This document shows, piece by piece, positions 49,395 through 61,318 of a stretch of DNA of 64,000 nt. The stretch is from Polyangiales bacterium (GTDB lineage: Bacteria > Myxococcota_A > Polyangia > Polyangiales > JAFGIB01), in assembly GCA_036382515.1 (NCBI GenBank), contig DASVHQ010000289.1:8176-72175 (forward strand), given 5' to 3'. Numbering within the stretch: position 1 is the stretch's first letter; each line of letters opens with the position of its first letter. Both the position numbers and the translations under genes were made by a program. The notes under the pieces were generated by a model. That model was not told where the DNA came from and made no database searches. It saw nothing but the letters and a program-made list of their open reading frames with translations.

Positions 49395-51511
49395 ATGCCA
49401 AGCACGCACGACAAGCTCCTGGCCGAGTTCCCCGACACCACCTACCAAGCCTGGCGCCAGCAGGTCGACAAGGACCTCAAGGGTGGCGACTTCCAAAAAC
49501 GCCTGGTGACGAAGCTGCTCGACGGCTTCGACGTCCAGCCGCTGTACGCGCCGAAGGCTGGCGCTGCGGGCGCCGATGCCGCTGGCTTCGCGGGCTTGCC
49601 TCCGTACCGGCGCGGCGCTGTGGCGGTCGGCCGTCACGGCGCCCGCTGGGACATTCGCACGCTGCACGATCAGAGCGATCTCGCGCAGCTCAAGGCTGAC
49701 CTGGCCGCGGACCTCGGGCGCGGTGCGCGCTCGCTGTGGCTGCGCTTCGATGCGACGGTGCGCTTCGGGCTCGATCAGGACGCCGCACGCACGGGTGCGA
49801 AGCTCGATGGCATCCCGTGCAGCTCGGCGCAGCAGCTCGAGCAAGTGCTGGCCGGCGTGGATCTGGCGGCCGTGCCGCTGATGCTCGACGCGGGCGGCAA
49901 TGCTCCCGCGCTCGCCGCGATGGCCTTCAGCGTGGCGCGCAAGCGTGGCATCCCCTTGACCTCGCTGCAGGGCAGCCTCGCGTGCGATCCACTGGGCGCC
50001 GTCGCTCGCGACGGCACCCTGCCCCACAGCATCGACGTCGCGCGCGCGCTCAGCGTCGAGCTAGTGCGCTTCGTGGCGGAGCATGCGCCCGCGCTGCGCA
50101 GCATGGTTGTGAGCACGAGCCCCTACCACGACGCGGGCGCCAGCAGCGCGCAAGAGATCGCGTACGCGCTTTCGACCGGCGTCGGCTACCTGCGCTGGCT
50201 CACGCAAGCCGGTGTCGACGTGGCGACAGCGGCCCGGCAGATCGGTTTCACCTACAGCATCGGAGGCGATCTCTTCCTGGAGCTCGCGAAGCTGCGTGCC
50301 GCGCGGCTGTGCTGGAGCAAGCTCGTGGCCGCGTGCGGCGGCGACGCAGCCGCGCAGAACACCACGCTGCACGCGATCACCTCGCGTCGCACCAAGACCG
50401 TGCGCGATCCGTGGGTGAACATGCTGCGCACCACGACCGAAGCGTTCTCCGCCATGGCCGGCGGCGCAGACTCGCTGACCACGCGCGGCTTCGACGAGGC
50501 TCTGGGGCCGAGCGAGGCGTTTGCTCGGCGTATCGCGCGCAACGTGCAGGTCGTGCTGAACGAGGAGGCGCACGTCACGCGTGTCGCCGATCCGGCCGGT
50601 GGCAGCTACTACCTCGAGGCGCTCACCGACGAGCTGGCGCGTACGGCGTGGGCGGCGTTCCAGCAGATCGAAGCGCAGGGCGGCATGCAGCAGGCGTTGA
50701 TCTCGGGCGCGGTGGCCAAGCAGATCGCGGAGGTCGCCGACAAGCGCAATGCGGCCGTGCGCAGGCGCACAGCCCCGGTGCTCGGCGTGAGCGAGTACGC
50801 GAACCTCGCCGAGGAGCCGGTGGTCCGAGTCGCCGCGGATCAGGCGAAGTTGCGCGCCGAGCAGGTGGCCGAGGTCACGCGTTTGCGTGCGGCCCATCCA
50901 CAAGCGGCTGCGGTCGCGCCGCTCGTGAAGGCGCGCGCTGCCGGTCACGGCGTGTTGCAAGCTGCCATCGATGCGGCGGCCGCGGGTGCATCCATCGGCG
51001 CGCTCAGCGCTGCGCTCGGCGCGGGCGCTGCGCCCATCTACATCGAGCCGCTGCCCGTGCGGAGCAACGCCGAGCTCTACGAGGCACTGCGCACGCGTTG
51101 CGACGCCCACACCGCGAAGACCGGCAAGCGTCCGACGGCGTTCTTGTGCAACCTCGGCGCCATCCCGCAGCACAAGGCTCGCTCGGCCTTCTCGACGGGC
51201 TTCATGAACGCCGGCGGGGTCGGCGTCGTCGACAACGATGGTTTCGGCGTGGCGCAGGCCGCGGTCGAAGCGTTCGCCGCCTCCGGTGCGACGCTGGCCG
51301 TGATCTGCGGGACCGACGATCAATATCCGCAGTGGGTGCCAGAGCTCGTGCCGCTGCTACGCCAGAGAGGCGCACGCGAGGTCGTGCTGGCGGGTCGCCC
51401 CGGCGATCACGAGGCGGCCTTCAAGCAGGCGGGCGTCGGTAGCTTCATCTTCGTCGGCTCGGACGTCGTCGCCACGCTCAGCACACTCCTCGATCGCATC
51501 GGAGTCGCGTC

Positions 51512-51515
<4 letters not shown>
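49395..51515 (+). CDS. mutA: methylmalonyl-CoA mutase small (beta) subunit
   Basis: Mutase-fold homolog lacking the DxHxxG B12 motif. ATG 49395. ATGA overlap with the large subunit. Confidence 0.88.
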
Positions 51516-53690
<2,175 letters not shown>

Positions 53691-53710
<20 letters not shown>

Positions 53711-54770
53711 GCGCCCGGCGGCGACGTCGTTCGAGGAGCCAGGCGTGGCTGCGCCTGTCGAGCCGCAGCCCATACCGGGCCCGCGCCGGCAGAAGCTCTC
53801 GCTGGCCGACTACGTGACCGGTGTGCGCGGCTGCGATCGCGCCGTGCTCGGCCGCGCGATCACACTCATCGAGAGCAATGCCAAACGCGATCAAGAGCTT
53901 GCGCAACGCGTGCTCGTGGAACTCTTGCCGTTCACCGGCAAGTCGCAGCGCATCGGCATCACGGGTGTGCCCGGCGTCGGCAAGAGCACGTTCATCGAAG
54001 CCTTCGGCAGCAACCTCACTGCGCAGGGCCATCGCGTGGCGGTGCTCGCCGTCGATCCGACCAGTGGCATCACGGGCGGCAGCATCCTCGGCGACAAGAC
54101 GCGCATGACGCGCCTGGCGCGCGATCCCAATGCGTTCGTGCGCCCTTCCCCCTCGTCGGGCTCGCTCGGGGGCGTGGGTCGCAAGACGCGCGAGACCATG
54201 CTGGTGTGCGAGGCCGCTGGCTTCGACGTGATCCTGGTCGAGACCGTGGGCGTGGGCCAATCGGAGACGATGGTCGCCGACATGGTCGACTTCTTCCTGG
54301 TGTTGATGCTGACGAACGCCGGCGACGAGCTGCAGGGGATCAAGCGCGGCATCATGGAGCTCGCCGATCTGATCGCCGTCAACAAGGCCGAGGCCGATGC
54401 CAGCGCCGCACGCCACGCCAAGCGCGAGTACATGGCCGCGCTGCGCTTGATGCGCGGCACGCACGCCGACTGGAAGCCGCCGGTGCTCACGATCAGCGGT
54501 CTGCAGAATCAGGGCCTCGACGTGCTCTGGGAGAAGATCGGCGAGCATCGCGAGCTCTTCGAGAAGAACGGCGAAGCGCAGCGCAAGCGTCGCGAGCAGA
54601 TGCGACGCTGGATGTGGAGCATGGTGGACGACCGCGTGCTGCGCGCGCTGCGCGAGCACCCGGCCGTGGCGGCTTTGGCCGAGGCGTTGCAAAGCGATGT
54701 GCTCGAAGGCCGACTCACCGCGACCCTCGGGGCCGAGGCGATTCTGCGCGCGTTCGGCATCGATCGCTGA
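53691..54770 (+). CDS. meaB: methylmalonyl-CoA mutase-associated G-protein chaperone
   Basis: [28 protein letters not shown]. Confidence 0.93.
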
Positions 54771-54849
54771 CGCCCAAGAACCCTGACGAGCCTGCGCCGC
54801 GCCGCGCAGACCCATCGGGACCCTTGAACTTCCGCCACTGCCTCTTGGG

Positions 54850-56748
54850 CTAGGCTTCGACCGGCTCTTCGTCCGAGCCCTCGGTTTCGTCCTCTGACGA
54901 TTCCTCGTCGATCTCGTCCGGCATGTCGTCGTGCTCGAAGGGCACGTCGATCTCGTCCTCGCCGCGCTCGTCGGCTTCGCCGACGGCGTCGTCGGCTTCG
55001 CCTGCCTCGCGCTGCGATTCGTCGAGCTCCTCGTCCCAGTCGGCATCGGTCGGCTGGGCTCGGGTTGTCGGCTCCGACTGCACGCGCTCGGACCCCTCGG
55101 ATTGGCGCTGTTCGCCAGCTTCGTTGCCCTGCGCGTCGCGCGCCGCTTCGCCGCGCTCTTCGCCACCGCGCCCGCGGTCATCGTCGGAACGCTCGGTAGA
55201 ACCCTGCGCTTCGCGATCGCGGCGCCGCGGCTCCGGTGCGCGCTCGCGCTGTTCGCGCTCACGCAGCTCGCGCTGCTCGCTGTTGTCACCGAGCGCCTCG
55301 AGCAGATCCAGGTCCAGCTCGTGGTGCGCGATCGCCTGTGTGCGTACGGCCACGCCGACACGCTCCATCGCGGTGGCGATGGCCATGCCGTCGAACAACG
55401 CGCATGGTGCCGCACCCGCCATCGCCGCTTCGTCGCGTGCGCCGCTCGTCATGCGGCCCGTGCTCAGAATCCAGGCACTGCTGGCTTGCCCGTAGTGATG
55501 CAACGCGCCGCGCACCTCGACCACCGTGTCGCGATCGATCTCACGCGCCGTGCGCACGACCACGATCGCCAGGCGGGTCTCTTCGCTGCCACGCTTGAGC
55601 GTGCCCGCGAAGTGGAACTCGGAGACGCTGCTGCCGGGACGGCGCACCGCACGCAGAGCCGTCACGCCCTCGGCGTTGAGCCACGTGGCAATCAGCTCGG
55701 CAAAACCTGCCGCGGGCAGGATGCCGAACTTTTGGATGAGCGTGCGGCGCAGCTCGACGCCGTAGCGCTCGGCGGCCGCGAGCAAGTCTTGCTCGACGCG
55801 CGCCAGGGGCCTTGGCAGGAGCCACTCGGTCAATGAGAGCCGACCGCCACGCACGCGGAAGCGAGAGTGTGTGCGGGTGAGCTCGGCGCGCGAGATGTCC
55901 GCGCGCACGGAGGCGGCGATGGTCGGGGCCAGCCCGGCGGGGTTGCCGCTCAATCGGCCACGGCGCACGAGCAACTCGGCCACGCGTACGAACGTATGCG
56001 GCCCGTGGTCGCCACGCGACAGCACGCTCCACACGGCGTCCGCCAGGTCCTTGCCCAGCAGGTCACCGTCGGCCGGCTGCCGGTTCCAGTCGAGCTGCGC
56101 GGTCTCTTCGACCCGACCGCGGTCGCGATCGCGGTCTCGATCACGGCCGTGGTCACGACCGTTGTCACGCATGCGATCTCGACCCTGGTCGCGCGGTAGA
56201 TCCCGCGGCCGCTCGCGGATCGGCTCGCGTGGAGCCTCGACCCGCACGGGCAGCTCGGGTGCGCCCTCGGGACGATCACCACCCTTGCCTCGGCGACGTC
56301 GGCGCCGCCTGCGACGCCCGTTCTTGTCCTCTTCGCTGCCTTCCTTCTCGAGGCCTGCGAGGATCGGATCGTCGTCGCCTTCTTCCTCGGGAAAGACGTC
56401 GCCGCCAGGCAGCTGGGCTACGACCGGCTCGGGCTTGGGGGCAGCCACTGCGCCCGGTTCTTCGATGGTGGCTTCGGCTTCGTTGGCTGCAGCTGCCGCA
56501 GCCGCCGCAGCGAAGTCTTCCAGCGCAGATTCGCGGATCGCGAACACGCCAGGTTTCACCTTCATGATCGGTGCCTGGCCGCGGTCCTTCTTGACCATCA
56601 TGGCGAGGCGCGAACTCATCGTCACTTCGGGCGTCTTGCCCACGTGCGAGAGCAGGTTTTTTTCGATCGCGAGCTCGGTGATCCTCTTGTAGTGCAGCGG
56701 TTCTCCGGCGCTACGCAGGACCTCCAGCGCCGCTTCCGTAAAAGTCAT
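54850..56748 (-). CDS. HARE-HTH domain protein with charged low-complexity linker, Mrr-like (restriction-endonuclease-fold) domain and acidic tail
   Basis: N-terminus MTFTEAALEVLRSAGEPLHYKRITELAIEKNLLSHVGKTPEVTMSSRL resembles the RNAP-delta/HARE-HTH type. Linker contains RRRRRRRRRGKGG...RDRDRDRDRGR. Central region is FAELIATWLNAEG...RLAIVVVRTAREI...VEVRGAL. The last ~120 aa are strongly acidic. Confidence 0.6.
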   Translation of the reverse strand: MTFTEAALEVLRSAGEPLHYKRITELAIEKNLLSHVGKTPEVTMSSRLAMMVKKDRGQAPIMKVKPGVFAIRESALEDFAAAAAAAAANEAEATIEEPGAVAAPKPEPVVAQLPGGDVFPEEEGDDDPILAGLEKEGSEEDKNGRRRRRRRRRGKGGDRPEGAPELPVRVEAPREPIRERPRDLPRDQGRDRMRDNGRDHGRDRDRDRDRGRVEETAQLDWNRQPADGDLLGKDLADAVWSVLSRGDHGPHTFVRVAELLVRRGRLSGNPAGLAPTIAASVRADISRAELTRTHSRFRVRGGRLSLTEWLLPRPLARVEQDLLAAAERYGVELRRTLIQKFGILPAAGFAELIATWLNAEGVTALRAVRRPGSSVSEFHFAGTLKRGSEETRLAIVVVRTAREIDRDTVVEVRGALHHYGQASSAWILSTGRMTSGARDEAAMAGAAPCALFDGMAIATAMERVGVAVRTQAIAHHELDLDLLEALGDNSEQRELREREQRERAPEPRRRDREAQGSTERSDDDRGRGGEERGEAARDAQGNEAGEQRQSEGSERVQSEPTTRAQPTDADWDEELDESQREAGEADDAVGEADERGEDEIDVPFEHDDMPDEIDEESSEDETEGSDEEPVEA

Positions 56749-56896
56749 TGAGTATGCTCGTTTCAGTAGGAAAAAGTTGCGAGAGTGTCGCGGAAGCTAA
56801 CACCTGGCCCCCAGCAGCGCAAACGCCAGCGTCAACCTGGCTGGCCCCGTCGCGTTGCGCTTCCCTTGGGCGCGGTGCTGCGCTATGTCGCGCGCG

Positions 56897-57172
56897 ATGG
56901 CCGACATTCGCGTCGAGCGTAAGCACGGATTGGGCAAAGAGGCAGCCCTCGCAGCCGCGCTGCAGGTCGCCGATCGCCTCAAGGAAAAGGCCCAGGTCGG
57001 CTATCGGGTCAACGGTGACACCATCGAGTTCGAGCGCACCGGAGCGAAGGGGCGCATCATCGTATCCGAAGACACCGTCGTCGCGGAAGTGCAGCTGGGC
57101 CTCTTGCTGAGACCGATGCGCAGCCTGGTCGAAGCCAAGATCGACGAGTACTTCGCGCGGTACATGAAATGA
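56897..57172 (+). CDS. small PHA-system protein family (PHA_gran_rgn-like)
   Basis: MADIRVERKHGLGKEAALAAALQVADRLKEK...GDTIEFERTGAKGRIIVSEDTVVAEVQLGLLLRPM... matches my recollection of this ~90-aa family. Confidence 0.55.
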   Translation: MADIRVERKHGLGKEAALAAALQVADRLKEKAQVGYRVNGDTIEFERTGAKGRIIVSEDTVVAEVQLGLLLRPMRSLVEAKIDEYFARYMK

Positions 57173-57314
57173 TCGCGCCACGACGTTTTTTTGACTGGTA
57201 CAGGCTCGTGGCTGTATCCGGAAAGGGTGAGCGTGCACGCAGCAGCAGCACCGTGAATGACGTGAGCTTCGGGCCGCGTCGCTCATGGCGACGCCGCCCA
57301 CGAAGGGAGCCGAC

Positions 57315-58319
57315 ATGAAGGACAAACGTATCGGGATCCTGATGGGCGGGATGAGCGCCGAACGGGAGGTCTCCGTGACCACGGGGAACGCGGTCTACCA
57401 GGCACTGACGGAGCGCGGTTACATCGCCACCAAGGTGTTCGTGGATCGCGACATCGATCAAGTGCTGCGACAGGAGCCCATCGACGTGGCCTTCCTGGCG
57501 TTGCACGGCTCGTACGGCGAAGATGGCTGCATCCAGGGTTTGCTCGAGATCCTGCAGATCCCGTACACCGGCGCTGGCGTGACCGAGAGCGCGCTGGCGA
57601 TGGACAAGCTCAAGACCAAGGAGCTGTTCCGGCTGCACAACGTGCCCACGCCGCCCTACTACGCGCTGCACGCCGAGCAACTTGGCGAGCTCGCCGAGAT
57701 CCACGGCTCGTTCGGCTACCCGGCCTTCGTGAAGCCGCGTCGGCAGGGCTCGAGCATCGGCGCCGGCTGCGCGCGGGATCTCGAGGATCTACGCCTGCGC
57801 TGTGAAGAAGCCGCGCGCTTCGACAGCTCCATCCTGGTCGAGCGCTTCATCGAGGGTCGCGAAGTGGCAGTCGGTCTGCTCGACGGCCGTGCCATGGGCG
57901 CCATCGAGATCGTGCCCAAGCACGGCGTCTACGACTACAAGTCGAAGTACCAGGCGGGCCGAAGCGAGTATCATTTCCCCGCGCGCTTGCCTCCGACGCG
58001 CTACGCGGGCGTGCTTCGCATCGCCGAGCGTGCAGTGCGTGCCGTGGGCGCCGAGGGCGCGACGCGCGTCGACATCCTCGTCTCCGAGGGCGAGAACGAG
58101 TACGTGCTCGAGGTCAACACTCTGCCCGGGATGACACCCACCTCGCTCCTGCCCAAGATCGCGGCCGGCTCCGGCTACGACTTCGGCGACCTGTGTGAAG
58201 CCATTCTGGACCGCGCCTCGCTCAAGCTCGGCCGGCTCTCCCACGCATCGGCTTCGTCGTATCCGGAAGCGAGCGACGTCATCGTGAGCGCCGGCGCTGA
58301 AGCGCGCGACGTCGCGTAG
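57315..58319 (+). CDS. ddl: D-alanine--D-alanine ligase
   Basis: RIGILMGGMSAEREVS, ATP-grasp core, EVNTLPGMT. ATG 57315 with AAGGGAG upstream. Confidence 0.94.
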   Translation: MKDKRIGILMGGMSAEREVSVTTGNAVYQALTERGYIATKVFVDRDIDQVLRQEPIDVAFLALHGSYGEDGCIQGLLEILQIPYTGAGVTESALAMDKLKTKELFRLHNVPTPPYYALHAEQLGELAEIHGSFGYPAFVKPRRQGSSIGAGCARDLEDLRLRCEEAARFDSSILVERFIEGREVAVGLLDGRAMGAIEIVPKHGVYDYKSKYQAGRSEYHFPARLPPTRYAGVLRIAERAVRAVGAEGATRVDILVSEGENEYVLEVNTLPGMTPTSLLPKIAAGSGYDFGDLCEAILDRASLKLGRLSHASASSYPEASDVIVSAGAEARDVA

Positions 58320-58326
58320 CAAATGC

Positions 58327-59346
58327 TCAACGACTCGTCGCTTCGGGAGGCGCAGCGTCGCGCTTGCCAAGCCACAGGCCGGCTTCTCCGCCGGCGCTGA
58401 TCACGTCCGCCCGGTAGACGAGCAGCGTCACTTCGCCGGCGCCCGTCTGCGCTTCGGACTCGATGGCCAGGTCGCCGGGCTCGTGCACGCACAGCTGCAC
58501 AGCGGCGCCTGCGTGGCCGCCTGCGCCCGCGCCAAGCTCAGCGCCGTGCTGGTCGAGCACGCGCACGGCGAGCTCGCTGATGCCCGCGTCGCCGAAGGCC
58601 GCAATCGTGTAGCACTTGCCGATTTGCACCGGCAGGCTGGTACGCACGCGCTCGCGTTCGGCGATCTTGAACACGAGCGGGTCGCGCACGGCCTCGAAGC
58701 CATGCTTGCGCAGGCCTTCCGCGAGACTGGTGGCGGCGTCTTCTTCGAGCTCGTGCGAGCCCACCGCTTCGGCAAAGGCGGGCCGTCCGCCGAGGACCCG
58801 CGCCACCGGTCCCAGCGCGCTGCGCGGGCCGCTGAACGATGCAACCACGAACGAACCGTCACCCTCGTAGAGCTGCACCACGTAGTACAGCATCTTCGCC
58901 ACGGGCCCGGCACAGGTCTGGATGGTCGGATGCGCGTTCGGCTCGGAGTCGACCGCGAGCAGCTCGCCCTCTGGCGTGTACAGGGCGGCGTCCACGTCCT
59001 GTACGGTCTTGGTGGCCAGGGCGAGCCAGGTCACGCAGCTGTTGGCGGCGACGTGCACGGCGAAGGTCGCGTGGTTCCCGCTTGGCAGGAAGCCCGTGTA
59101 CCGGTCCGGCCCCGGCTGCACGCCGAGCTGTGCGAGCACGCCGCTGATGCGCGCGACCACGGGCGCCAGACTGGGCGCCAGCGCGGCATCCGACGCACCT
59201 GCGGCGGTGCTTGCCGGAGAAGCCGTGGGTCGCGCAGTGGCCAGCCCCCCGGCACCCGAGCAGCCGAGGCACGCAGCGATCAGCGCGCCGCACAGCCTGC
59301 GCAGCGCGCGCCCGGCCAAGTGTCGATGTCTCGCGACCTGCCTCAA
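58327..59346 (-). CDS. secreted/lipoprotein with two ~70-aa two-cysteine repeat modules (PPC-like)
   Basis: Signal ...RRLCGALIAACLGCSG. TTG start at 59346 or 59319. Modules begin NSCVTWLALATKTVQDVDAALYTPEG... and GKCYTIAAFGDAGISELAVRVLDQHG.... Confidence 0.7.
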   Translation of the reverse strand: MRQVARHRHLAGRALRRLCGALIAACLGCSGAGGLATARPTASPASTAAGASDAALAPSLAPVVARISGVLAQLGVQPGPDRYTGFLPSGNHATFAVHVAANSCVTWLALATKTVQDVDAALYTPEGELLAVDSEPNAHPTIQTCAGPVAKMLYYVVQLYEGDGSFVVASFSGPRSALGPVARVLGGRPAFAEAVGSHELEEDAATSLAEGLRKHGFEAVRDPLVFKIAERERVRTSLPVQIGKCYTIAAFGDAGISELAVRVLDQHGAELGAGAGGHAGAAVQLCVHEPGDLAIESEAQTGAGEVTLLVYRADVISAGGEAGLWLGKRDAAPPEATSR

Positions 59347-60680
59347 GGGTGCTCCTGTTCTGCGGCTGCATCTCGTCCGAGCACCACGAGCAGGCGCGAA
59401 GCGCCATGCGCTTCGCGAGCGCGCACCGACAGCTGCAGCGCTTGCTGCGCGGTCGCGCAGTGGTACACGAGCGGAGCGCGCGCGGCGGCGGCATCGGTCG
59501 CCAGCAGCTCCCCGCGCTCGTCGGTGAGCCCGAGCTCCAGCGCTCCGGGTTTCGTCTCACCCACGGCCACGGCGGCGACCGCGTAGCACGCTGCCTCAGG
59601 CAAGCGCAGTGGCAGCCTCAGGATCTCCGCCGGGCTCACGATGGCTGTGGTCAGCAGCTGGGCGTGCATGCCGTGCTGCAGCATGCGCCGCGCCGTCTCT
59701 GCGTAGGCGATGCGGGCGGTTTCGTCGACGCCGGGCGGCAAGCGGGCGTCAGGCTCCTGCAACTCGAACGCTTGCACGCTGTACGCCCCCGCACCCTGGA
59801 ACACGGAGACATCCGCGATGTAGTGCGCCGGCGCGCTGGCGCAGAGCTTCACCATCGCGTTGCGTCGACGCGTCGTATCAGCCATCAGCGGCTCCGCGAA
59901 CAGGCGCGGCCCACCGAACATGCGCAGGTCCAGATCGACCACGTCGCGGCTGCCCACCGCGACCAGCGCATAGCAGTGCGCTGCATCCAGTTGCATGCCG
60001 CGAGCTTCGTGCTGCCCCGCCGCAAGCGTTCCGTACGCCAGGAGTGCGCCCGGTTTGTAGCCCAGCGGCGCGAGCGCAGCGCGCGTGTGCTCCATCTCTT
60101 CAGGGATGGAACGCGCCGCCGGCTCCGGCCCCACGTCGATCGCCGCAGGCCGCGGCTCGCCGATCCACGGGCAGCCGTCGAGTAGAGCAAGCGCGGCCAT
60201 GGGTTCGCTCGCATGGCCGAGCACTGCATAGCTGACCTCGCCCTGCCCATCCATCACGCGCAGCGTCACGAACACGCGGTCACCCGCGCGACCGCAGTAC
60301 AGGGCGTAGGGTTTCGCGCTCGGCCCGTCGGCGCGGGCTACCGTTCGGCCGTCTTCGGCGTTCACGCGCAGATCGATGTCTTGCACGTACTTCGCACCCA
60401 CTGCGATGAACGCCGCGCAGTCGTCTTGCGCGAGCACGTACGGATGCACTCGCACGTCGCCCGCCAGGAAGAACTCTTCGGACGGCGCTTGCAGCCAGTG
60501 CGAGCCCTCGTGGTGCTCGGTCTGCGCCTGCGCCGCGGTCAAGCATTCGTGCGCCGAGCCGGCCGCGGCATCGAGCGCTAGCGCCGCTGTTGGCGGCAGC
60601 AGCACGAGCCACGCCAGCACGCACTGAGCGGTCAGGGCTGACGAGCGGAGGAGTTGGTGCTGGCGTGAGCCGTGGCGCAT
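59343..60680 (-). CDS. secreted protein with three copies of the same two-cysteine repeat module
   Basis: Signal ...CVLAWLVLLPPTAALA|LD. Modules begin DDCAAFIAVGAKYVQDIDLRV..., AHCYALVAVGSRDVVDLDLRM..., AACYAVAAVAVGE.... An upstream start at 60725 is possible. Confidence 0.7.
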   Translation of the reverse strand: MRHGSRQHQLLRSSALTAQCVLAWLVLLPPTAALALDAAAGSAHECLTAAQAQTEHHEGSHWLQAPSEEFFLAGDVRVHPYVLAQDDCAAFIAVGAKYVQDIDLRVNAEDGRTVARADGPSAKPYALYCGRAGDRVFVTLRVMDGQGEVSYAVLGHASEPMAALALLDGCPWIGEPRPAAIDVGPEPAARSIPEEMEHTRAALAPLGYKPGALLAYGTLAAGQHEARGMQLDAAHCYALVAVGSRDVVDLDLRMFGGPRLFAEPLMADTTRRRNAMVKLCASAPAHYIADVSVFQGAGAYSVQAFELQEPDARLPPGVDETARIAYAETARRMLQHGMHAQLLTTAIVSPAEILRLPLRLPEAACYAVAAVAVGETKPGALELGLTDERGELLATDAAAARAPLVYHCATAQQALQLSVRAREAHGASRLLVVLGRDAAAEQEHP

Positions 60681-60822
60681 GCAGGCGTTCTTGGATAGAG
60701 GGTAGCGCCCGCCACGCCGCGGCACCGGCCGATTCTGCCCAGGCGCTGTCCGGGGGCGCCGAGAAGTGGGTTCTTGACATTTCCGATAGGCTTAACCAGA
60801 TTCCCTCGGTCAGCCCAGTCGC

Positions 60823-61278
60823 ATGAAGCTCTCGAGCAAAGGTCTCTACGGGGTGCAGGCCATCTTCCACTTGGCCTTCCACGCCGACGGCGCAGAAGCG
60901 CAAATCAAGGAGATCTGTGAGCGCCAGGCCATCCCGCCACGCTTCCTGGAGCAGGTGTTTCAGGACCTGCGCAAGGCCGGCATCGTGACCTCCAGGCGCG
61001 GTCCCCGCGGCGGCTACAAGCTGGCCCAGCCGCCCGAGCGAATCCGGCTCGGTGACATCATTCGGGCGCTGGAAGGCCCCGTCCAGCTGCTGCCCGCCGG
61101 CCGGCACAAAGAACCCACCGAATCCTCGAGCCACGCAGTCGCGCAAGACATTTTCAAGGGGCTTTCCAGCGGCATCGAAGCCTGCTTGGATGCCGTCACC
61201 GTGGCGGACATGTGCAGCAAGGCGGAGGCGCTGGGCATCGCCCGCCGCCCCCCGCCCGCTTACGTCTACGCCATCTAG
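60823..61278 (+). CDS. Rrf2-family transcriptional regulator (CymR-like, no Fe-S cysteine triad)
   Basis: MKLSSKGLYGVQAIFHLA...IPPRFLEQVFQDLRKAGIVTSRRGPRGGYKLA. The region after the wHTH lacks the three IscR-type cysteines. Confidence 0.88.
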   Translation: MKLSSKGLYGVQAIFHLAFHADGAEAQIKEICERQAIPPRFLEQVFQDLRKAGIVTSRRGPRGGYKLAQPPERIRLGDIIRALEGPVQLLPAGRHKEPTESSSHAVAQDIFKGLSSGIEACLDAVTVADMCSKAEALGIARRPPPAYVYAI

Positions 61279-61318
61279 TCGGTACAAACCCTGGCCGGAC
61301 AACCCTGCTCGGACAAAC

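Noticed and set aside
54771-54849. Bidirectional terminator between meaB and the HARE-HTH gene
   Set aside because: Inverted repeats exist (CCCAAGA…TCTTGGG and CTGCGC…GCGCAG), but there is no U-tract on either strand. The evidence is insufficient.
60774-60802. Promoter call for the Rrf2 gene from TTGACA at 60774
   Set aside because: The -35 is perfect, but no acceptable -10 hexamer lies at 16-18 nt (CAGATT is the best). It is mentioned in a finding but not listed as a feature.
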